Assembly: GCA_047495785.1 (NCBI GenBank)
Contig: JBLDXI010000074.1
Coordinates: forward strand, 1,564,652-1,628,651
Reading direction: 5' to 3'
Source of the DNA: Lepidodermella squamata
Taxonomy: Eukaryota > Animalia > Gastrotricha
Length of the DNA stretch: 64,000 nucleotides
The notes below the pieces were generated by a model, which did not search any database, was not told the DNA's origin, and saw only the letters and a program-made list of their open reading frames with translations. A program made the position numbers and the translations under genes. Positions 26,167 through 37,500 of the stretch are shown in pieces; the stretch's first letter is position 1, and every line of letters starts with the position of its first letter.

Positions 26167-27947
26167 AGAACAGCAGCAAAGTCAAGAGGCGTGGCGAATG
26201 TTGGCTGCTAGGTTTAATCGTCTCAAACGCAGCAAACGACTTGGTACCCTGGTTGATCAAAAGACGGGGCTTGTAGCCACTGACGACAAGGCAAAAGCAC
26301 AACTGATCGCGGCAATCTTCAGCAAAGTTGTAAGTGGAGCACCAGCCTCTTCAAAACGCCCAGAGGACACTGCGTTCTGGCAGCAGGTAGAGAGTGCGGT
26401 TGCATCTAACTCGTCAATAAAACCACTGGAAAGAATCCCCGAAGTGCTACCAATAAAAATTTCCCGCTTCACAATGAGGCTGTTCATTCGTCGGCTTAAA
26501 AACAAAGCGCCTGGTAACGACAATATTCTCAACGCTGTCATAAAAAATGGCGGTCCAGGACTCCGTAGTCACCTGAAGTACGCGTTTGAATTGTGCCTTG
26601 CTACAGGCTATATACCGGCAGAATGGCAACTGGCGATCGTCGTGCCGATCCTGAAGGAGGGAAAGGATAGCAGGCTCCCGGAATCATACCGCCCGGTGTC
26701 ACTGTTGCCAGCCTTCGCGAAGCTACTAGAGTCACTGGTAGCCATGATGCTACAAAATTTCCTGGAAGCTCAGAGCCTGCTACCCGAGCATCAGTATGGA
26801 TTTCGAAGACTCCGAGGCGCTGTCGACCCACTTTTTCGCCTGATTAGCGATGCAGCCCTCGCCATGGCCCATCACAGCAAGCTCGTGGCTGTGTTCTTGG
26901 ACTTCAAGGCCGCCTTCGATACGGTCTGGCACGCAGGGCTTATACAAAAACTGATCGATTCTGGAGCCCCGGAGCCTTTGGTGCGATGGACAGCGAACTT
27001 CCTAGACGACCGATCGTTTCAGGTCCGAGTTGGAGACGAGCTCAGCGAATCAAGAAAAATCGGCTGCGGTGTGCCACAAGGTAGCCCGTTGAGTCCGCTG
27101 CTGTTCATATTTTACTGCGCGGATATGCAGCCTCCGGAGTCAAACCCTGACGACGGGAGAAAAGCGGTCGCCGCCTGGACCTACGCAGACGACGCCGCAA
27201 ACTGGGCATGGGGCCCGCATTACGAGCAGTGCGTTGTAAGACTACAAGCCCGCCTCCGATCCACCGAAGCGTGGTGCGCGAAATGGCGTCTAGAACTTAA
27301 TCCGGCGAAATGCGAAAGCATTCTAATCGGCCACACTGGCGCTTCGTCCCCGTCGGTTCTTCTCTCCATTGCTGGTCAACGAATCCCTCAAGTCAACGAA
27401 GTAAAATACCTAGGAATCACGATCACGGCGAAATTGTCGTGGGAACGCCACCTCGACCGTCTGTCTGCGAAGACGAAACCGCGAGCTGCCTGCCTCAGAG
27501 GAATAAGTAGCTTGTAGGCGCATTGTCCCCAGCGATCTTTGCATCATGTTCAGCCGAGTCCTCATCGACAGCGTGCTCACATATGGATCTCCAGCCTGGT
27601 ACTGTCTGCCAAAAACCTCCGAACTGCGCCTTTTCAACTTTCAAGCACACGGGTTAAGAGCAGCAATGGATCTGCCATTTGAGTGCGATTCCTTCGGAGT
27701 CGTCGTCGAAGCGAAGGCGGCAGCAATCAGCGACGTCTTTGAGAAGCAACTGGAGCGCTATGGCGAACGCTGTCTCACCGCGGACAATGGCATGAAAGAG
27801 TACTTGCAGTATATCGCCAGTCAGCAGCCTGATGCCTTCGGCAAGCGGATGCTCGACCTACACTATCCAGCCTGGCACCTACGCCGCAATGTCGCCCCCT
27901 CAATGGCGCAAAATAAGAGAATCACAGATTTCTTCAACCCTCGATAG
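26167..27947 (+). pseudogene. Reverse transcriptase ORF remnant with a single frameshift at about 27512
   Basis: ORF 26069-27517 continues in another frame as CRRIVPSDLCIMFSRVLIDSVLTYGSPAW to the stop at 27947. Removing one base restores a continuous ORF. Confidence 0.85.
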
Positions 27948-28083
27948 CCTTTACTGCCTTGTTTTATTGTTGCGTTCCCTTGTTGAGCCTTTAGGTCCTT
28001 GGAGCCCCTGTGCACGAGCCCTAAGCCTTCCCGAACCTGGAACGTAAGTCACGTTAAATGAGTCTCTGTAATTTCTTGTTCCA

Positions 28084-28200
28084 GAGCCTGAGCCTGAGCC
28101 TGAGCCCTGAGCCTGAGCCTGAGCCTGACATCTAACACCGGATTCTTGAGCCTGAGCCCTGAGCCTTTGAGCCTTCAGCCCTATGAAGAGCCTGATGTGA
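28084..28200 (+). repeat. (GAGCCT)n / (TCAGGC)n hexamer repeats in the LINE 3'UTR
   Basis: About 7 tandem copies at 28084-28128, plus many dispersed AGCC(C)T motifs between about 27945 and 28482. Confidence 0.85.
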
Positions 28201-28579
28201 TATGGGTGTATATATGCATCGTAAGCCGTTTTCAAATGAGTTAACCCCTGCCTTCGATCTTTTCAGAAAATCCGCCCTGAGCCCTAGCCACTATAGCCCT
28301 GAAATGAGCCTTTCAACTTGCCCGTCAAAGCCGCGAAGGTCGACCAACGAATCAACAATTTTCTACTTTTCTATTCAAACCAATATAAAAAACCGGCAAG
28401 AAAAAAAAAATATATATATAAACAATAACAACTATAAAAAACTCCTATGATCGAGATACATGCGTGTTCGACTAGAGCCCTGATTAGCATGGGGGCAAGT
28501 TATTTCTGTAATCTTTCTAACTCATGTGCCTATAGCGTCGAAAGGCGGAGGGCCTATAATAATAAAACTACAACATGCT

Positions 28580-31500
28580 AAATTCAAGTGCAATGTGTAA
28601 CTTAGTGGAACCAACGAATCCACAAAATCACCCTTGTGAGCATCGCCACGAATCGGCATCGTGCCCAAACCAGCCGATTCGGGCATTTTCGCGCTTCATT
28701 GGTTAGTGGCAGCAAGCGCAAACGCGTTGGCAGGCTATTCGCGGCCATTGCAGCTGACCGGTATTCCGCTGCCAGCCAAAGAATGCTGGAATCGCTGTAT
28801 CCACCCTTGTACGCATCGCCACGAATCGGCATCGTGCCCAAACCAGCCGAATCGGGCAAATTCGCGCTTCATTCGGTAGTGGCAGCAAGCGCAAACGCGT
28901 TGGCAGGCTATTCGCGGCCATTGCAGCTGACCGGTATTCCGCTGCCAGCCACAGAAGGCTGGAATCGCTGTATTCACCCTTGTACGCATCGCTACGAATC
29001 GGCATCGTGCCCAAACCACTCGATTCGGGCATTTTCGCGCTTCATTCGTTAGTGGCAGCAAGCGCAAACGCGTTGGCAGGCTATTCGCGGCCATTGCAGC
29101 TGACCGGTATTCCGCTGCCAGCCACAGAAGGCTGGAATCGCTGTATCCACCCTTGTACGCATCGCTACGAATCGGCATCGTGCCCAAACCAGCCGATTCG
29201 GGCATATTCGCGCTTCATTCGGTAGCGGCAGCAAGCGCAAACGCGTTGGCAGGCTATTCGCGGCCATTGCAGCTGACCGGTATTCCGCTGCCAGCCAAAG
29301 AATGCTGGAATCGCTGTATTCACCCTTGTAGGCATCGCCACGAATCGGCATCGTGCCCAAACCAGCCGATTCGGGCATTTTCGCGCTTCATTCGTTAGTG
29401 GCAGCAAGCGCAAACGCGTTGGCAGGCTATTCGCGGCCATTGCAGCTGACCGGTATTCCGCTGCCAGCCAAAGAATGCTGGAATCGCTGTATCCACCCTT
29501 GTACGCATCGCCACGAATCGGCATCGTGCCCAAACCAGCCGATTCGGGCATTTTCGCGCTTCATTCGTTAGTGGCAGCAAGCGCAAACGCGTTGGCAGGC
29601 TATTCGCGTCCATTGCAGCTGACCCGTATTCCGCTGCCAGCCACAGAAGGCTGGAATCACTGTATTCACCCTTGTACGCATCGCTACGAATCGGCATCGT
29701 GCCCAAACCAGCCGAATCAGGCATATTCGCGCTTCATTCGGTAGCGGCAGCAAGCGCAAACGCGTTGGCAGGCTATTCGCGGCCATTGCAGCTGACCGGT
29801 ATTCCGCTGCCAGCCAAAGAATGCTGGAATCGCTGTATTCACCCTTGTAGGCATCGCCACGAATCGGCATCGTGCCCAAACCAGCCGATTCGGGCATTTT
29901 CGCGCTTCATTCGTTAGTGGCAGCAAGCGCAAACGCGTTGGCAGGCTATTCGCGGCCATTGCAGCTGACCGGTATTCCGCTGCCAGCCACAGAAGGCTGG
30001 AATCACTGTATTCACCCTTGTACGCATCGCTACGAATCGGCATCGTGCCCAAACCAGCCGAATCGGGCATATTCGCGCTTCATTCGGTAGTGGCAGCAAG
30101 CGCAAACGCGTTGGCAGGCTATTCGCGGCCATTGCAGCTGACCGGTATTCCGCTGCCAGCCAAAGAATGCTGGAATCGCTGTATCCACCCTTGTACGCAT
30201 CGCCACGAATCGGCATCGTGCCCAAACCAGCCGATTCGGGCATTTTCGCGCTTCATTCGTTAGTGGCAGCAAGCGCAAACGCGTTGGCAGGCTATTCGCG
30301 GCCATTGCAGCTGACCGGTATTCCGCTGCCAGCCAAAGAATGCTGGAATCGCTGTATTCACCCTTGTACGCATCGCCACGAATCGGCATCGTGCCCAAAC
30401 CAGCCGATTCGGGCATTTTCGCGCTTCATTTGTTAGTGGCAGCAAGCGCAAACGCGTTGGCAGGCTATTCGCGTCCATTGCAGCTGACCCGTATTCCGCT
30501 GCCAGCCACAGAAGGCTGGAATCGCTGTATTCACCCTTGTACGCATCGCTACGAATCGGCATCGTGCCCAAACCAGCCGATTCGGGAATATTCGCGCTTC
30601 ATTCGTTGGTGGCAGCAAGCGCAAACGCGTTGGCAGGCTATTCGCGGCCATTGCAGCTGACCGGTATTCCGCTGCCAGCCAAAGAATGCTGGAATCGCTG
30701 TATCCACCCTTGTACGCATCGCCACGAATCGGCATCGTGCCCAAACCAGCCGATTCGGGCATTTTCGCGCTTCATTCGTTAGTGGCAGCAAGCGCAAACG
30801 CGTTGGCAGGCTATTCGCGGCCATTGCAGCTGACCGGTATTCCGCTGCCAGCCAAAGAATGCTGGAATCGCTGTATTCACCCTTGTACGCATCGCCACGA
30901 ATCGGCATCGTGCCCAAACCAGCCGATTCGGGCATTTTCGCGCTTCATTTGTTAGTGGCAGCAAGCGCAAACGCGTTGGCAGGCTATTCGCGTCCATTGC
31001 AGCTGACCCGTATTCCGCTGCCAGCCACAGAAGGCTGGAATCGCTGTATTCACCCTTGTACGCATCGCTACGAATCGGCATCGTGCCCAAACCAGCCGAA
31101 TCGGGCAAATTCGCGCTTCATTCGTTAGTGGCAGCAAGCGCAAACGCGTTGGCAGGCTATTCGCGGCCATTGCAGCTGACCGGTATTCCGCTGCCAGCCA
31201 AAGAATGCTGGAATCGCTGTATTCACCCTTGTACGCATCGCCACGAATCGGCATCGTGCCCAAACCAGCCGATTCGGGCATTTTCGCGCTTCATTCGTTA
31301 GTGGCAGCAAGCGCAAACGCGTTGGCAGGCTATTCGCGGCCATTGCAGCTGACCGGTATTCCGCTGCCAGCCAAAGAATGCTGGAATCGCTGTATTCACC
31401 CTTGTACGCATCGCTACGAATCGGCATCGTGCCCAAACCAGCCGATTCGGGAATATTCGCGCTTCATTCGTTGGTGGCAGCAAGCGCAAACGCGTTGGCA

Positions 31501-34500
31501 GGCTATTCGCGGCCATTGCAGCTGACCGGTATTCCGCTGCCAGCCACAGAAGGCTGGAATCGCTGTATTCACCCTTGTACGCATCGCTACGAATCGGCAT
31601 CGTGCCCAAACCACCCGATTCGGGAATATTCGCGCTTCATTCGTTGGTGGCAGCAAGCGCAAACGCGTTGGCAGGCTATTCGCGGCCATTGCAGCTGACC
31701 GGTATTCCGCTGCCAGCCACAGAAGGCTGGAATCGCTGTATCCACCCTTGTACGCATCGCTACGAATCGGCATCGTGCCCAAACCAGCCGAATCGGGCAT
31801 ATTCGCGCTTCATTCGGTAGTGGCAGCAAGCGCAAACGCGTTGGCAGGCTATTCGCGGCCATTGCAGCTGACCGGTATTCCGCTGCCAGCCAAAGAATGC
31901 TGGAATCGCTGTATTCACCCTTGTACGCATCGCTACGAATCGGCATCGTGCCCAAACCAGCCGAATCGGGCATATTCGCGCTTCATTCGGTAGTGGCAGC
32001 AAGCGCAAACGCGTTGGCAGGCTATTCGCGGCCATTGCAGCTGACCGGTATTCCGCTGCCAGCCACAGAAGGCTGGAATCACTGTATTCACCCTTGTACG
32101 CATCGCTACGAATCGGCATCGTGCCCAAACCAGCCGAATCAGGCATATTCGCGCTTCATTCGGTAGCGACAGCAAGCGCAAACGCGTTGACAGGCTATTC
32201 GCGGCCATTGCAGCTGACCGGTATTCCGCTGCCAGCCAAAGAATGCTGGAATCGCTGTATTCACCCTTGTACGCATCGCTACGAATCGGCATCGTGCCCA
32301 AACCAGCCGAATCAGGCATATTCGCGCTTCATTCGGTAGCGGCAGCAAGCGCAAACGCGTTGGCAGGCTATTCGCGGCCATTGCAGCTGACCGGTATTCC
32401 GCTGCCAGCCAAAGAAGGTTGGAATCGCTGTATTCACCCTTGTACGCATCGCCACGAATCGGCATCGTGCCCAAACCAGCCGATTCGGGCATTTTCGCGC
32501 TTCATTCGTTAGTGGCAGCAAGCGCAAACGCGTTGGCAGGCTATTCGCGGCCATTGCAGCTGACCGGTATTCCGTTGCCAGCCAAAGAATGCTGGAATCG
32601 CTGTATTCACCCTTGTACGCATCGCCACGAATCGGCATCGTGCCCAAACCAGCCGAATCAGGCATATTCGCGCTTCATTCGGTAGCGGCAGCAAGCGCAA
32701 ACGCGTTGGCAGGCTATTCGCGGCCATTGCAGCTGACCGGTATTCCGCTGCCAGCCACAGAAGGCTGGAATCGCTGTATCCACCCTTGTACGCATCGCTA
32801 CGAATCGGCATCGTGCCCAAACCAGCCGAATCGGGCATATTCGCGCTTCATTCGGTAGTGGCAGCAAGCGCAAACGCGTTGGCAGGCTATTCGCGGCCAT
32901 TGCAGCTGACCGGTATTCCGCTGCCAGCCAAAGAATGCTGGAATCGCTGTATTCACCCTTGTACGCATCGCTACGAATCGGCATCGTGCCCAAACCAGCC
33001 GAATCGGGCATATTCGCGCTTTATTCGGTAGTGGCAGCAAGCGCAAACGCGTTGGCAGGCTATTCGCGGCCATTGCAGCTGACCGGTATTCCGCTGCCAG
33101 CCAAAGAATGCTGGAATCGCTGTATTCACCCTTGTACGCATCGCCACGAATCGGCATCGTGCCCAAACCAGCCGATTCGGGCATTTTCGCGCTTCATTCG
33201 TTAGTGGCAGCAAGCGCAAACGCGTTGGCAGGCTATTCGCGGCCATTGCAGCTGACCGGTATTCCGCTGCCAGCCAAAGAATGCTGGAATCGCTGTATTC
33301 ACCCTTGTACGCATCGCCACGAATCGGCATCGTGCCCAAACCAGCCGATTCGGGCATTTTCGCGCTTCATTCGTTAGTGGCAGCAAGCGCAAACGCATTG
33401 GCAGGCTATTCGCGGCCATTGCAGCTGACCGGTATTCCGCTGCCAGCCAAAGAATGCTGGAATCGCTGTAGTCACCCTTGTACGCATCGCCACGAATCGG
33501 CATCGTGCCCAAACCAGCCGATTCGGGCATTTTCGCGCTTCATTGGTTAGTGGCAGCAAGCGCAAACGCGTTGGCAGGCTATTCGCGGCCATTGCAGCTG
33601 ACCGGTATTCCGCTGCCAGCCAAAGAATGCTGGAATCGCTGTATTCACCCTTGTACGCATCGCCACGAATCGGCATCGTGCCCAAACCAGCCGAATCGGG
33701 CATATTCGCGCTTCATTCGGTAGTGGCAGCAAGCGCAAACGCGTTGGCAGGCTATTCGCGGCCATTGCAGCTGACCGGTATTCCGCTGCCAGCCACAGAA
33801 GGCTGGAATCGCTGTATCCACCCTTGTACGCATCGCTACGAATCGGCATCGTGCCCAAACCACCCGATTCGGGCATTTTCGCGCTTCATTCGTTAGTGGC
33901 AGCAAGCGCAAACGCGTTGGCAGGCTATTCGCGGCCATTGCAGCTGACCGGTATTCCGCTGCCAGCCAAAGAATGCTGGAATCGCTGTATTCACCCTTGA
34001 AGGCATCGCCACGAATCGGCATCGTGCCCAAACCAGCCGATTCGGGCATTTTCGCGCTTCATTCGTTAGTGGCAGCAAGCGCAAACGCGTTGGCAGGCTA
34101 TTCGCGGCCATTGCAGCTGACCGGTATTCCGCTGCCAGCCAAAGAAGGTTGGAATCGCTGTATTCACCGTTGTACGCATCGCCACGAATCGGCATCGTGC
34201 CCAAACCAGCCGATTCGGGCATTTTCGCGCTTCATTCGTTAGTGGCAGCAAGCGCAAACGCGTTGGCAGGCTATTCGCGGCCATTGCAGCTGACCGGTAT
34301 TCCGCTGCCAGCCAAAGAATGCTGGAATCGCTGTATTCACCCTTGTACGCATCGCCACGAATCGGCATCGTGCCCAAACCAGCCGATTCGGGCATTTTCG
34401 CGCTTCATTCGTTAGTGGCAGCAAGCGCAAACGCGTTGGCAGGCTATTCGCGGCCATTGCAGCTGACCGGTATTCCGCTGCCAGCCAAAGAATGCTGGAA

Positions 34501-37500
34501 TCGCTGTATTCACCCTTGTACGCATCGCCACGAATCGGCATCGTGCCCAAACCAGCCGATTCGGGCATTTTCGCGCTTCATTCGTTAGTGGCAGCAAGCG
34601 CAAACGCGTTGGCAGGCTATTCGCGGCCATTGCAGCTGACCGGTATTCCGCTGCCAGCCACAGAAGGCTGGAATCGCTGTATCCACCCTTGTACGCATCG
34701 CTACGAATCGGCATCGTGCCCAAACCACCCGATTCGGGCATTTTCGCGCTTCGTTCGTTAGTGGCAGCAAGCGCAAACGCGTTGGCAGGCTATTCGCGGC
34801 CATTGCAGCTGACCGGTATTCCGCTGCCAGCCACAGAAGGCTGGAATCACTGTATTCACCCTTGTACGCATCGCTACGAATCGGCATCGTGCCCAAACCA
34901 GCCGAATCAGGCATATTCGCGCTTCATTCGGTAGCGGCAGCAAGCGCAAACGCGTTGGCAGGCTATTCGCGGCCATTGCAGCTGACCGGTATTCCGCTGC
35001 CAGCCAAAGAATGCTGGAATCGCTGTATTCACCATTGTACGCATCGCCACGAATCGGCATCGTGCCCAAACCACCCGATTCGGGCATTTTCGCGCTTCGT
35101 TCGTTAGTGGCAGCAAGCGCAAACGCGTTGGCAGGCTATTCGCGGCCATTGCAGCTGACCGGTATTCCGCTGCCAGCCAAAGAATGCTGGAATCGCTGTA
35201 TTCACCCTTGTACGCATCGCTACGAATCGGCATCGTGCCCAAACCAGCCGAATCGGGCATATTCGCGCTTCATTCGGTAGCGGCAGCAAGCGCAAACGCG
35301 TTGGCAGGCTATTCGCGGCCATTGCAGCTGACCGGTATTCCGCTGCCAGCCAAAGAAGGTTGGAATCGCTGTATTCACCCTTGTACGCATCGCCACGAAT
35401 CGGCATCGTGCCCAAACCAGCCGATTCGGGCATTTTCGCGCTTCATTCGTTAGTGGCAGCAAGCGCAAACGCGTTGGCAGGCTATTCGCGGCCATTGCAG
35501 CTGACCGGTATTCCGTTGCCAGCCAAAGAATGCTGGAATCGCTGTATTCACCCTTGTACGCATCGCCACGAATCGGCATCGTGCCCAAACCAGCCGAATC
35601 AGGCATATTCGCGCTTCATTCGTTAGTGGCAGCAAGCGCAAACGCGTTGGCAGGCTATTCGCGTCCATTGCAGCTGACCGGTATTCCGCTGCCAGCCAAA
35701 GAATGCTGGAATCGCTGTATTCACCCTTGTACGCATCGCCACGAATCGGCATCGTGCCCAAACCAGCCGATTCGGGCATTTTCGCGCTTCATTCGTTAGT
35801 GGCAGCAAGCGCAAACGCGTTGGCAGGCTATTCGCGGCCATTGCAGCTGACCGGTATTCCGCTGCCAGCCAAAGAATGCTGGAATCGCTGTATTCACCCT
35901 TGTACGCATCGCCACGAATCGGCATCGTGCCCAAACCAGCCGATTCGGGCATTTTCGCGCTTCATTCGTTAGTGGCAGCAAGCGCAAACGCGTTGGCAGG
36001 CTATTCGCGGCCATTGCAGCTGACCGGTATTCCGCTGCCAGCCAAAGAATGCTGGAATCGCTGTATTCACCCTTGTAGGCATCGCCACGAATCGGCATCG
36101 TGCCCAAACCAGCCGATTCGGGCATTTTCGCGCTTCATTCGTTAGTGGCAGCAAGCGCAAACGCGTTGGCAGGCTATTCGCGGCCATTGCAGCTGACCGG
36201 TATTCCGCTGCCAGCCAAGGAAGGTTGGAATCGCTGTATTCACCCTTGTACGCATCGCCACGAATCGGCATCGTGCCCAAACCAGCCGATTCGGGCATTT
36301 TCGCGCTTCATTCGTTAGTGGCAGCAAGCGCAAACGCGTTGGCAGGCTATTCGCGGCCATTGCAGCTGACCGGTATTCTGCTGCCAGCCAAAGAATGCTG
36401 GAATCGCTGTATTCACCCTTGTACGCATCGCCACGAATCGGCATCGTGCCCAAACCAGCCGATTCGGGCATTTTCGCGCTTCATTCGTTAGTGGCAGCAA
36501 GCGCAAACGCGTTGGCAGGCTATTCGCGGCCATTGCAGCTGACCGGTATTCCGCTGCCAGCCAAAGAATGCTGGAATCGCTGTATTCACCCTTGTACGCA
36601 TCGCCACGAATCGGCATCGTGCCCAAACCAGCCGATTCGGGCATTTTCGCGCTTCATTCGTTAGTGGCAGCAAGCGCAAACGCATTGGCAGGCTATTCGC
36701 GGCCATTGCAGCTGACCGGTATTCCGCTGCCAGCCAAAGAATGCTGGAATCGCTGTAGTCACCCTTGTACGCATCGCCACGAATCGGCATCGTGCCCAAA
36801 CCAGCCGATTCGGGCATTTTCGCGCTTCATTGGTTAGTGGCAGCAAGCGCAAACGCGTTGGCAGGCTATTCGCGGCCATTGCAGCTGACCGGTATTCCGC
36901 TGCCAGCCAAAGAATGCTGGAATCGCTGTATTCACCCTTGTACGCATCGCCACGAATCGGCATCGTGCCCAAACCAGCCGAATCGGGCATATTCGCGCTT
37001 CATTCGGTAGTGGCAGCAAGCGCAAACGCGTTGGCAGGCTATTCGCGGCCATTGCAGCTGACCGGTATTCCGCTGCCAGCCACAGAAGGCTGGAATCGCT
37101 GTATCCACCCTTGTACGCATCGCTACGAATCGGCATCGTGCCCAAACCACCCGATTCGGGCATTTTCGCGCTTCATTCGTTAGTGGCAGCAAGCGCAAAC
37201 GCGTTGGCAGGCTATTCGCGGCCATTGCAGCTGACCGGTATTCCGCTGCCAGCCAAAGAATGCTGGAATCGCTGTATTCACCCTTGAAGGCATCGCCACG
37301 AATCGGCATCGTGCCCAAACCAGCCGATTCGGGCATTTTCGCGCTTCATTCGTTAGTGGCAGCAAGCGCAAACGCGTTGGCAGGCTATTCGCGGCCATTG
37401 CAGCTGACCGGTATTCCGCTGCCAGCCAAAGAAGGTTGGAATCGCTGTATTCACCGTTGTACGCATCGCCACGAATCGGCATCGTGCCCAAACCAGCCGA

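Larger units (their letters stand above)
26167..28579 (+). mobile_element. 5'-truncated non-LTR retrotransposon (Jockey/I-group-like) with RT, 3'UTR and A-rich end
   Basis: RT motifs KAPGNDNI, SYRPVSLLPAFAKLLE, QYGFR, FLDFKAAFDTVWH, GVPQGSPLSPLLF, YADD, KYLGI. No endonuclease domain. A-rich tracts at 28398-28441 and 28555-28567; the exact 3' end is uncertain. Confidence 0.9.

Noticed and set aside
28628-28800. CENP-B box, hammerhead ribozyme or tRNA/5S origin of the monomer
   Set aside because: The best CENP-B-like site (accagccgAttCGGG) lacks the TTCG half. No CTGANGA...GAAA core or clear pol III A/B boxes were seen on either strand by eye.
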